Assembly (NCBI RefSeq): GCF_040382755.1
Contig: NZ_JBEIET010000001.1
Span: 2,396 to 66,395, forward strand
Direction of reading: 5' to 3'
DNA length: 64,000 bases
DNA from: Flavobacterium sp.
GTDB lineage: Bacteria; Bacteroidota; Bacteroidia; Flavobacteriales; Flavobacteriaceae
Shown piece by piece: positions 20,128 through 27,797 of this stretch (positions are counted from its first letter, which is position 1; each line of letters starts with the position of its first letter). A program made the position numbers and the translations under genes. A model generated the notes under the pieces. The model saw only the letters and a program-made list of their open reading frames with translations. It did no database searches and was not told where the DNA came from.

Positions 20128-20628
20128 TTATTTAGCAGGTAAAAACTTTATTGAAACCGAATTCGTACAATAACGCTGCCCTGTGGTTTCTTGAGGTCCG
20201 TCATCAAAAACATGACCTAAATGGCCTCCACATTTTGCACACATTACTTCCGTACGAATCATACCATACGAGGTATCTTTATGATATATGGTTGCACCTT
20301 TAATTGCTTCATCAAAAGAAGGCCATCCACAATGTGAATCAAATTTAGTATCTGATGTAAATAACGGATTTTCACAAGCAGCACACACATACATCCCTTT
20401 TTCGAAATGTTTGTCGTATTCACCGGTGTAAGGACGTTCGGTTCCTTTTTCTCTTAAAACAGTATAGGCTTCTGGTGAAAGTTGTGCTTTCCATTCTGCA
20501 TCTGTTTTTACAATTTTAAAATCCATAGTATCTTTTTTTGAAGTCGATTTTACTTGTTCTGCATTTTTATTTTGACTGTTGCACGAAATAAAACTAAATG
20601 CCAATAAAATAATAAATATATTTTTCAT
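20128..20628 (-). CDS. msrB: peptide-methionine (R)-S-oxide reductase MsrB, exported lipoprotein form
   Basis: It has two zinc CxxC pairs (CAACENP, CAKCGGHLGHVF) and the catalytic RYCTNS. The N-terminus MKNIFIILLAFSFISC is a lipoprotein signal with lipobox. Confidence 0.9.
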   Translation of the reverse strand: MKNIFIILLAFSFISCNSQNKNAEQVKSTSKKDTMDFKIVKTDAEWKAQLSPEAYTVLREKGTERPYTGEYDKHFEKGMYVCAACENPLFTSDTKFDSHCGWPSFDEAIKGATIYHKDTSYGMIRTEVMCAKCGGHLGHVFDDGPQETTGQRYCTNSVSIKFLPAK

Positions 20629-20732
20629 AATTTTTATATTTCTATAAAATTACAAAAAAGTTACACTTGTGAATTAAATAAATTAAATTTTAAGGAATTT
20701 ATAACTTTTGTCAATCGGAATAAAAATAAAAA

Positions 20733-20765
20733 AACCAGAATTCATTCTGGTTTAATATTTTGATT
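20733..20765 (-). terminator. rho-independent terminator of the DUF4920/CxxCH operon
   Basis: The minus strand reads AAACCAGAATGAATTCTGGTTTTTTT. Confidence 0.75.
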
Positions 20766-20769
20766 TCAT

Positions 20770-21201
20770 TTACTTTATGTATAATGTTTTTATTCTTGCT
20801 ATAGGTCCGCCACATTTCACTTCGTGGCAACTGATACAGGCATCTACCATTGTGTTAAAACTTTCCTTAGTGTTTTTAGAATTGTAAACTTCCGATTGTG
20901 TTTTTAAGAAAAATCCAGATTTAGTATTAAAAAAATCGTCTCTATCTTTTCCTTTAGTCATTGTAGCTTCAGAAATCTTCAAGAAATATTTAGGCATTTC
21001 TCCTAATGAATCTTTTTTAATTATTTTTTCACGAAGTTGTTTGTTATGTACATACATTTGTTCCATTAAAGTCGCCATTTCAGATGCTTCATACATTTCA
21101 AAATCGGCTTTTGGTTTTTCACAAGTTGAATTTTCTTCTTCCGTTTTATTCTGATTACAACTTATAAATAAAACGGATAAAATTAGTACAAAATATTTCA
21201 T
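20770..21201 (-). CDS. small lipoprotein with C-terminal CxxCH haem-c motif (class II cytochrome c-like, putative)
   Basis: 143 aa with lipobox LFISC and a predicted all-helical body. There is a single CISCH at residues 122-126 (nt 20824-20838), near the C-terminus as in cytochrome c'/c556. The start overlaps the upstream stop (TAATG). Confidence 0.5.
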   Translation of the reverse strand: MKYFVLILSVLFISCNQNKTEEENSTCEKPKADFEMYEASEMATLMEQMYVHNKQLREKIIKKDSLGEMPKYFLKISEATMTKGKDRDDFFNTKSGFFLKTQSEVYNSKNTKESFNTMVDACISCHEVKCGGPIARIKTLYIK

Positions 21202-21686
21202 TACTTAGATATTAAAACGCCGTGAGCTAAAAATTTGTATTCCGTTTTTGGTGCTATAATTTTTGCGATTTCTTCTGGAGTTTTTCCTTCGTCTTCTGCA
21301 TAATGCTTTAATTCTGCAACAGAAGTTTCTTCAACAAACGCTTTACCTTCAATAATAGTTTCTCTTTTTTGAGCATTCATAGGTACAAAAAAACCATAAT
21401 CTTTAAACTTAACAAATGCTGTTTCATCATTTCCTAAATCTAAAGTCATCCAACACCCTTTGTTTTGACAAATTTCATTAATTTTTGAAGCTACTTTTAC
21501 TTCAATAGTATCACCTGGCTTTAAGGTTTTGTATTTTTCTAATACTACTTCTTTAGTAAGGGCACTTTCTTCTGTAATTTTAGCTCCAAAAGATGCAAAT
21601 ACAGGTTTAGCTGCTATTTTAGTTTCCTTTTTATTGCAGGAAATAGCTATTATAAATACAGATAATAGAATAAGTAGTTTCTTCAT
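21201..21686 (-). CDS. DUF4920 domain lipoprotein
   Basis: 161 aa with lipobox AISC. The conserved CQNKGCWMTL motif is one I associate with DUF4920. Confidence 0.6.
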   Translation of the reverse strand: MKKLLILLSVFIIAISCNKKETKIAAKPVFASFGAKITEESALTKEVVLEKYKTLKPGDTIEVKVASKINEICQNKGCWMTLDLGNDETAFVKFKDYGFFVPMNAQKRETIIEGKAFVEETSVAELKHYAEDEGKTPEEIAKIIAPKTEYKFLAHGVLISK

Positions 21687-21790
21687 AATTTATGAATTGT
21701 TTAGTGAAATAAAAAAACAAAATTAATCATTAATACGAAACTTTGTTAATAATTATTCAAAAAATGAATCTTCAACAATATTTTATTTAA

Positions 21791-21798
21791 TAAATTTG
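21791..21798 (+). promoter_or_regulatory. candidate -7 box TAAATTTG for ilvE
   Basis: Exact TAnnTTTG. The TTG that opens the supplied ORF (21807) lies just downstream, which argues for the ATG at 21834 as the true start. Confidence 0.55.
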
Positions 21799-21833
21799 TA
21801 AAAAATTTGGGGAACTTACACATAAGACATATA

Positions 21834-22898
21834 ATGAGTAGCATTACAAACGAGATTAAAATCATAAAAAACCCTACTTCAAAAATTAATGAAGTAGATT
21901 TTGAAAACCTAACCTTCGGAAATACGTTTACAGATCATATGTTAATTTGTGATTTTAAAAATGGAGCTTGGGAAACACCTGTAATTAAAGCATACGAACC
22001 ATTTACAATTGACCCTTCTGCCAAAGTGTTTCATTACGGACAAGCTATTTTTGAAGGAATGAAAGCCTATAAAGATGCTAAAAACGATGTATGGATGTTT
22101 CGCCCAGATGAAAATCATACGCGATTTAATAAAAGTGCTGTTCGTATGGCAATGCCCGAAGTTCCTGAAGAAATTTTTATTGACGGATTAAAATCGTTAT
22201 TGAATTTAGATAGAGATTGGGTAAAGTTTGGAAATGGGAATTCATTATACATTAGACCGTTTATGATAGCAATTGGTAGCGGTGTAATTGCGCAACCGTC
22301 TACACAATATCGTTTTATGATAATTTTATCGCCTGCAAAATCTTATTATTCTGGCGAAGTTAAAGTGATTATTGCAGAACATTATAGTCGTGCGGCAAAT
22401 GGTGGAATTGGTGCAGCAAAAGCAGCTGGAAATTATTCAGCACAATTTTATCCAACAAAATTAGCAAATGATTTAGGCTATCAACAAATTATTTGGACTG
22501 ACGACGCCACACATACAAAATTAGAAGAAGCAGGTACGATGAATGTATTTTTCAGAATTGGAGATAACTTATTAACTGCTCCTACTTCGGAACGAATTTT
22601 AGATGGTGTAACCAGAAAATCTGTTTTAGATATTGCAAAAAGAGATAATATAAACACTGAAGTACGTCCTGTTTTAGTAGAAGAATTAGTTGCTGCTGCA
22701 AAAAATGGTACCTTGAAAGAAATTTTCGGTGCTGGAACTGCTGCAGTTATTAATCCAATTGTTGGTTTCTGTTATAAAGAAGAATATTTTGAATTACCTA
22801 AATTAGAAAATTCATTCGCTTTAAGTTTAAAAGAAAAATTAAATAATATACAATACAAATTAGCAGACGACACGTTTGGTTGGACAGTTAAAGTATAA
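21834..22898 (+). CDS. ilvE: branched-chain amino acid aminotransferase
   Basis: About 354 aa, fold-type IV. Motifs: FHYGQAIFEGMKAY, SLYIRPF, EEAGTMNVFF, ILDGVTR. Confidence 0.92.
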   Translation: MSSITNEIKIIKNPTSKINEVDFENLTFGNTFTDHMLICDFKNGAWETPVIKAYEPFTIDPSAKVFHYGQAIFEGMKAYKDAKNDVWMFRPDENHTRFNKSAVRMAMPEVPEEIFIDGLKSLLNLDRDWVKFGNGNSLYIRPFMIAIGSGVIAQPSTQYRFMIILSPAKSYYSGEVKVIIAEHYSRAANGGIGAAKAAGNYSAQFYPTKLANDLGYQQIIWTDDATHTKLEEAGTMNVFFRIGDNLLTAPTSERILDGVTRKSVLDIAKRDNINTEVRPVLVEELVAAAKNGTLKEIFGAGTAAVINPIVGFCYKEEYFELPKLENSFALSLKEKLNNIQYKLADDTFGWTVKV

Positions 22899-22910
22899 TT
22901 ATTTCATTAA

Positions 22911-22953
22911 ATCATAAAAAAAAGCAATTAGAAATAATTGCTTTTTTTATGAT
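22911..22953. terminator. bidirectional terminator (ilvE / rluD)
   Basis: ATCATAAAAAAAAGCAATTA-GAAA-TAATTGCTTTTTTTATGAT forms a long, nearly perfect hairpin. Confidence 0.8.
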
Positions 22954-22965
22954 TCGTATTTAATA

Positions 22966-24009
22966 TTAATCTTCTTCTTCTATTTGTACAGCTTTACTAT
23001 ACACACGCCATTTTTCAATCCACGACGTAATTTCTTCAGGAATTTCACTTGTAAAACGTAAAAATTCCCCAGAGGTAGGATGTTCAAAACCTAAAGTTCG
23101 TGCGTGAAGCGCTTGTCTTGGTAATGTTTTAAAGCAATTATCTATAAATTGTTTGTATTTTGTAAACGTAGTGCCTTTTAAAATTTTATCACCACCATAA
23201 CGTTCATCATTAAAAAGTGTATGTCCGATATATTTCATATGTACACGAATTTGATGCGTTCTTCCTGTTTCTAATTGACAAGAAACCACCGTAACATAAC
23301 CAAAACGCTCAATAACTTTAAAATGAGTAATTGCTGGTTTTCCTTGTTCTCCTTCAGGATAAACGTGCATTTGCATTCTATTTATAGGATGACGGTCGAT
23401 ATTTCCTTCAATAGTTCCTTCGTCTTCTTCAATATTACCCCAAACCAATGCAAAATACTCTCTTTCAGATGTTTTTGCAGCAAATTGTTTGGTCAAAAGC
23501 AACATAGCTTCTTCTGTTTTGGCAACTACTAAAAGTCCTGAAGTATCTTTATCAATTCTATGAACTAATCCAGGTCTTTCGCTGCTATTCATTGGCAAAT
23601 TATCAAAATGATACGCCAACGCATTTACTAAAGTTCCCGAATAATTTCCGTGTCCAGGATGCACTACCATTCCAGCGGGTTTGTTTACAACTATAACTTG
23701 ATCATCTTCGTAAACAATATCAATTGGAATGTTTTCACCTTTTAATAAGTGTTCATAAGGTGGGTGTTCAAGCATTACTCGAACTATATCGTCTGGTTTT
23801 ACTTTATAATTGGATTTTACAGCACAATCGTTTACGAAAATAGTTCCCGCATCAGCTGCTTTCTGAATTTTACTTCTTGTAGTATTTTCAATACTGTTTA
23901 TCAAAAATTTATCTATACGTAAGGGTTGTTGTCCTTTCGCTATTTCAAACCGATGATGTTCAAATAAATCTTCATCAGCCGTTTCATTCTCATCTATAAA
24001 TTCTTGCAT
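22966..24009 (-). CDS. rluD: RluA/RluD family 23S rRNA pseudouridine synthase
   Basis: 347 aa with an S4 domain plus the catalytic HRIDKDTSGLLV and GRTHQIRVH motifs. Confidence 0.9.
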   Translation of the reverse strand: MQEFIDENETADEDLFEHHRFEIAKGQQPLRIDKFLINSIENTTRSKIQKAADAGTIFVNDCAVKSNYKVKPDDIVRVMLEHPPYEHLLKGENIPIDIVYEDDQVIVVNKPAGMVVHPGHGNYSGTLVNALAYHFDNLPMNSSERPGLVHRIDKDTSGLLVVAKTEEAMLLLTKQFAAKTSEREYFALVWGNIEEDEGTIEGNIDRHPINRMQMHVYPEGEQGKPAITHFKVIERFGYVTVVSCQLETGRTHQIRVHMKYIGHTLFNDERYGGDKILKGTTFTKYKQFIDNCFKTLPRQALHARTLGFEHPTSGEFLRFTSEIPEEITSWIEKWRVYSKAVQIEEED

Positions 24010-24623
24010 TATTCTATACTATCGTTAATTTGTTCATTATTTGGGATTGAATCTAAATCTTCATCTTTAAACATATCTTTCCCGTCTCCTAAAACAAAAT
24101 CAATTTTAGAATTTTTCATTAATTTATCACCCGCTTTTACAGGTCTTCCATTATATGAAACTTCAAGAACAATATCTTTTGCTATATCTGGAACATATTT
24201 TAATTCGCCTTCTACCAATCCTAATGCTCTTAACGCATTTGTAGCTTGACGGAATGTTTTGTTTTTTAAATCTGGAAAAGTAACCATAGCATAACCACCA
24301 GCATTTAGCTTTACGTAAATTTTACGACCGTCTTTTACTTTTGAACCCGCTATTGGATCTTGTTCTACGATAGTATAAGGAGGAAATTCTGGTTTAAATT
24401 CAACCGTATCTAATAAAAAAACTTCTAAACCATCCTCATCCAATTTTTCTTCGGCAATTTCTAATTTCATTTTAGATAAATCAGGCACCTTTATTTCTTC
24501 GCCGTGATTGGTACTGAAATCTAAAAACTTCACAAACACTACTAAAAATAGGATGACAATCACTAATGCAAAAAATAAATTTTTGAAAAATGTGGAACTG
24601 GTTAAAAACTTTCTTAAACTCAT
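24009..24623 (-). CDS. PASTA domain-containing membrane protein
   Basis: It has an N-terminal TM segment and then repeated PASTA-like modules (VPDLSKMKLEIAEEKL..., FPDLKNKTFRQATNALRALGL...). I chose the ATG at 24623. The TTG at 24641 that opens the ORF is the TTG of a TATATTTG -7 box. Confidence 0.72.
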   Translation of the reverse strand: MSLRKFLTSSTFFKNLFFALVIVILFLVVFVKFLDFSTNHGEEIKVPDLSKMKLEIAEEKLDEDGLEVFLLDTVEFKPEFPPYTIVEQDPIAGSKVKDGRKIYVKLNAGGYAMVTFPDLKNKTFRQATNALRALGLVEGELKYVPDIAKDIVLEVSYNGRPVKAGDKLMKNSKIDFVLGDGKDMFKDEDLDSIPNNEQINDSIE

Positions 24624-24638
24624 TGAAATATATTTTCG

Positions 24639-24646
24639 CAAATATA
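24639..24646 (-). promoter_or_regulatory. candidate -7 box TATATTTG for the PASTA-rluD operon
   Basis: CAAATATA on the plus strand, 15 nt upstream of the ATG at 24623. Confidence 0.55.
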
Positions 24647-24702
24647 AGAAAAGTAAAACATTTTATGATATTTTTGTATAAAACAGAAACAATTATTTTT
24701 TT

Positions 24703-25689
24703 ATGAAGATAGCAGTTGTAATGGGCGGATATTCAGACGAATCTGTAATTTCTTTAAGAAGCGGACAACTTATTTTAAACCATTTAAATAAAGATAAACA
24801 CGAAGTTTACGAAGTTCATATTCTAAATGAAGGTTGGTATGTAAAAATGGGCGACCAAAAATTGCCTATAAATAGAGCTGATTTTTCATTTGAAAAGGAT
24901 GGAAATACTATAAATTTCGATGTAGCAATAAACACCATTCACGGTACACCGGGAGAAGACGGGCATTTGCAATCGTATTGGGAATTGATTGATTTACCTT
25001 ACACGGGTTGCGGATTTTACCAAAGTGCACTTACTTTTAGCAAACGCGATACTTTATCCGTTTTAGGGAAATTTGATATTCCAAAAGCAAATTCAGTTTA
25101 TGTTACTAAAGGACAAGAAATTGATGGTGAAAAAATTGCTAAAACTTTGGGATTTCCATTTTTTGTAAAACCCAATCAATCTGGAAGTAGTTTAGGGGTT
25201 TCAATGGTAAAAGAACTGTCAGAATTAGACAAAGCATTAGCATTTGCCTTTGCAGAAGATAAAGACATTTTAATTGAATCACAATTAAAAGGCGTTGAAA
25301 TTTCGGTTGGTGTGATGAAATTAAACGGAAATACAAGAGTTTTAGGAATAACAGAAATCATTTCAGGAAATGATTTTTTCGATTATGAAGCCAAATATTT
25401 AGGTAAATCAGAAGAAATCACCCCTGCCCGATTGTCGTCAGAAGTTTCAGAATTAGTAGAACAATCTGCTGCCAAAATATACGAAGCTCTTGGAATGCAA
25501 GGATTTTCTCGTATCGATTTTATTGTGATGAACGACATTCCGCATTTTATCGAAATCAACACCAATCCTGGATTGAGTCCACAAAGTATATTTCCTCAGC
25601 AAGCCGCTTACGCTAATTTAAATTTTTCAGATTTATTAGAAAACGAAATTAAATTGGCTTTGGAAAGAAAACCAATTTGGAAAAAATAA
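24703..25689 (+). CDS. ddl: D-alanine--D-alanine ligase
   Basis: 328 aa with an ATP-grasp fold. Motifs: HGTPGEDGHLQ, FFVKPNQSGSSLGVS, EINTNPGLS. Confidence 0.93.
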   Translation: MKIAVVMGGYSDESVISLRSGQLILNHLNKDKHEVYEVHILNEGWYVKMGDQKLPINRADFSFEKDGNTINFDVAINTIHGTPGEDGHLQSYWELIDLPYTGCGFYQSALTFSKRDTLSVLGKFDIPKANSVYVTKGQEIDGEKIAKTLGFPFFVKPNQSGSSLGVSMVKELSELDKALAFAFAEDKDILIESQLKGVEISVGVMKLNGNTRVLGITEIISGNDFFDYEAKYLGKSEEITPARLSSEVSELVEQSAAKIYEALGMQGFSRIDFIVMNDIPHFIEINTNPGLSPQSIFPQQAAYANLNFSDLLENEIKLALERKPIWKK

Positions 25690-25735
25690 GTCAATTTTGT
25701 ATTCTAACAGAATCAAATATTTAAAAATATTAATT

Positions 25736-26194
25736 ATGAAAAAAGCAATTTTCCCAGGTTCGTTTGACCCCATTACAAACGGCCATTACGATATAATTAA
25801 GCGAGGCATTTCTTTATTTGATGAAGTTATTGTTGCCATTGGTATAAACGCAGACAAAAAGTATATGTTTTCTTTAGAAGATAGAAAACGTTTTATAGAA
25901 GACGCTTTTAAAGACGAACCAAAAGTAAAAGTAATTACTTACACGGGCTTAACTATCGATTTATGCAAAGAAGAAAAAGCTGAATTTATATTACGCGGTT
26001 TACGTAATCCTGCCGATTTTGAATTCGAAAAAGCGATTGCACATACTAATAGACGGTTGTCAAAAATTGAAACTGTCTTTTTATTAACCGCTGCAAAAAC
26101 ATCATATATATCATCAAGTATTGTGCGTGATGTGATACGAAATGGTGGCGATGCTTCGCCTTTTGTTCCCGATTCGGTTATTGGTAAAATATAA
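25736..26194 (+). CDS. coaD: pantetheine-phosphate adenylyltransferase
   Basis: MKKAIFPGSFDPITNGHYDII (T/HxGH motif) and SSSIVRDV. I used the ATG at 25736 rather than the TTG-extended ORF. Confidence 0.93.
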   Translation: MKKAIFPGSFDPITNGHYDIIKRGISLFDEVIVAIGINADKKYMFSLEDRKRFIEDAFKDEPKVKVITYTGLTIDLCKEEKAEFILRGLRNPADFEFEKAIAHTNRRLSKIETVFLLTAAKTSYISSSIVRDVIRNGGDASPFVPDSVIGKI

Positions 26195-26198
26195 AGCA

Positions 26199-26240
26199 TA
26201 AAAAAAACCTTCAAGTTTCTTTTCTTGAAGGTTATTATTT
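26199..26240. terminator. terminator shared by coaD and the DEAD-box helicase gene
   Basis: AACCTTCAAG (26206-26215) pairs with CTTGAAGGTT (26224-26233). The T-run is strong on the minus strand and interrupted on the plus strand. Confidence 0.7.
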
Positions 26241-26242
26241 TT

Positions 26243-27595
26243 TTAAAGATTTTCTAATGCGTTTTTAACAACGTCTCGGGCAACTTCAATTTTATATTTC
26301 TTGCCTTTCATTTTTTCGTCCTTAATATTTTTAAGCAATGGTGCTACTTTAGCATATTTTACTGCTGCAAAGGATACAAAATCTTTGACTTCAATTAATC
26401 CTAAGTCGCCTTTTTCTAACTTTCCTTTTTGAGAAAAGAAGCCTAAAATATCTACTTTATTTAATTTATTTTTCTTGCCACCACTTATGTAAATGGTTTT
26501 AAACTCTGGTGGTTTTGGAATAACGCTATAATTAGAAACATCAATTTTCTTCATATCATAATCAATGTAATCCACTTTTTTCTCACTTTCGTGTATGATA
26601 ATGTAAGCGGTTCCAGAAGCCATCATACGTGCAGTACGACCATTTCTGTGAGTAAATTCATCCACTTTTGAAGGCAAATGATAATGAATTACATTTTTCA
26701 TTTCAGGAATATCCAAACCACGAGCCCCTAAATCGGTTGTAATTAAATACGAAATACTACCATTTCTAAACTGAATTAAAGCGCGTTCGCGTTCTTCTTG
26801 TTCTAATCCACCGTGATAAAATACAGAGAAAATACCTTTGTCATTTAAATAATCACTAATTCGTTCTACCGCTTCTCTATGATTACAAAAGATAATTGCA
26901 TTCTGAGATTTCAAAGAACATATTAAATGAAATAAAGAATTAACCTTGTCTTTTTCTTTAGAAATCACCAATTTAAAATCTAAATTAGTTTCTGTTTTTT
27001 TCTTATCAATATAATTTAAAACATTCGGATTTTCAATTCTGGTATATTTTGGAACTTCTACTCCATCTGTTGCCGAAACTAAAATTCGCTTTTCTAAATT
27101 AGTTAATTTTCCAATGATGAAACGCATTTCTTCGTGAAATCCTAATTGTAATGATTTGTCAAATTCATCTAAAATTAAGGTTTTTATGTACTTTGGATCA
27201 AAGGTTTCTCTTTCTAAATGGTCTGCTAACCTTCCAGGAGTTCCAATTAAAACTGCTGGTGGATTGCTTAGATTTTTTATTTCTGTTTCAATAGAATGGC
27301 CGCCATAACAAATATTGACTTTAAAAGTTGTAGCCATTTTCTTCCAAACTTGCTCAATTTGCAAACCCAATTCACGAGAAGGCACAATTATCATACATTG
27401 TACTTTATTGTTGTCTTCTTCTAAAAGCTGAAAAATAGGCAATAAAAAAGCCAATGTTTTACCTGAACCTGTTGGCGAAAGTAGCACCACATCAGAATCA
27501 ATTAATATAGACGTTTCTGCAGCTACCTGCATTTTATTTAAACTTTCGATACCTAAATTCAAAAGTATATTGTTGGAATGTAAATTTTTATTCAT
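26243..27595 (-). CDS. DEAD-box ATP-dependent RNA helicase with DbpA-type C-terminal RNA-binding domain
   Basis: Motif I is SPTGSGKT, motif II is DEFD, followed by SAT and HRNGRTAR. The C-terminal DILGFF...IEVKDFVSFAAV is DbpA-like. I chose the ATG at 27595 (MNKNLHSN). The upstream 64 codons of the supplied ORF translate a DNA tandem repeat. Confidence 0.88.
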   Translation of the reverse strand: MNKNLHSNNILLNLGIESLNKMQVAAETSILIDSDVVLLSPTGSGKTLAFLLPIFQLLEEDNNKVQCMIIVPSRELGLQIEQVWKKMATTFKVNICYGGHSIETEIKNLSNPPAVLIGTPGRLADHLERETFDPKYIKTLILDEFDKSLQLGFHEEMRFIIGKLTNLEKRILVSATDGVEVPKYTRIENPNVLNYIDKKKTETNLDFKLVISKEKDKVNSLFHLICSLKSQNAIIFCNHREAVERISDYLNDKGIFSVFYHGGLEQEERERALIQFRNGSISYLITTDLGARGLDIPEMKNVIHYHLPSKVDEFTHRNGRTARMMASGTAYIIIHESEKKVDYIDYDMKKIDVSNYSVIPKPPEFKTIYISGGKKNKLNKVDILGFFSQKGKLEKGDLGLIEVKDFVSFAAVKYAKVAPLLKNIKDEKMKGKKYKIEVARDVVKNALENL

Positions 27596-27599
27596 CCTG

Positions 27600-27607
27600 C
27601 AAAGGTA
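27600..27607 (-). promoter_or_regulatory. candidate -7 box TACCTTTG only 4 nt upstream of the helicase ATG
   Basis: The minus strand reads TACCTTTGcaggATG. Confidence 0.45.
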
Positions 27608-27648
27608 GTTTTTAATTTGCCAATATTCAATTATACGTTTTGGGGAGT

Positions 27649-27760
27649 ATTGAAATTGATTTTTTAAATTGATATTGATTTTTGAAATTGTAATTGACAT
27701 TGAAATTGTAATTGACATTGAAATTGATTTTTGAAATTGACATTGAAATTGATATTGACA
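27649..27760. repeat. tandem array of TTGAAATTG-containing units (12-18 bp periods)
   Basis: TTGAAATTG occurs at 27650, 27682, 27700, 27718, 27731 and 27743. The 18-mer TTGAAATTGTAATTGACA is exactly duplicated at 27682-27717. Confidence 0.9.
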
Positions 27761-27771
27761 TTTAAAATTCT

Positions 27772-27779
27772 TACTTTTG
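27772..27779 (+). promoter_or_regulatory. candidate -7 box TACTTTTG for the M14 peptidase gene
   Basis: Exact TAnnTTTG 18 nt upstream of the ATG at 27798. Confidence 0.5.
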
Positions 27780-27797
27780 AAATTCAAATATTCAATT

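Noticed and set aside
21807-21833. TTG-initiated N-terminal extensions of ilvE (21807), the PASTA gene (24641) and coaD (25697) in the ORF track
   Set aside because: At the PASTA gene the TTG is the TTG of its TAnnTTTG -7 box. At ilvE it lies only 9 nt downstream of such a box. At coaD I saw no box and reject the TTG only because the conserved N-terminus starts later. In all three the conserved protein N-terminus begins at the next ATG.
27596-27787. N-terminal 64-codon extension of the helicase ORF with the striking peptide repeat SISMSITISMSITISKININ
   Set aside because: It is the translation of the TTGAAATTG DNA tandem array. A TACCTTTG -7 box and a conserved-looking helicase N-terminus begin at the internal ATG (27595).
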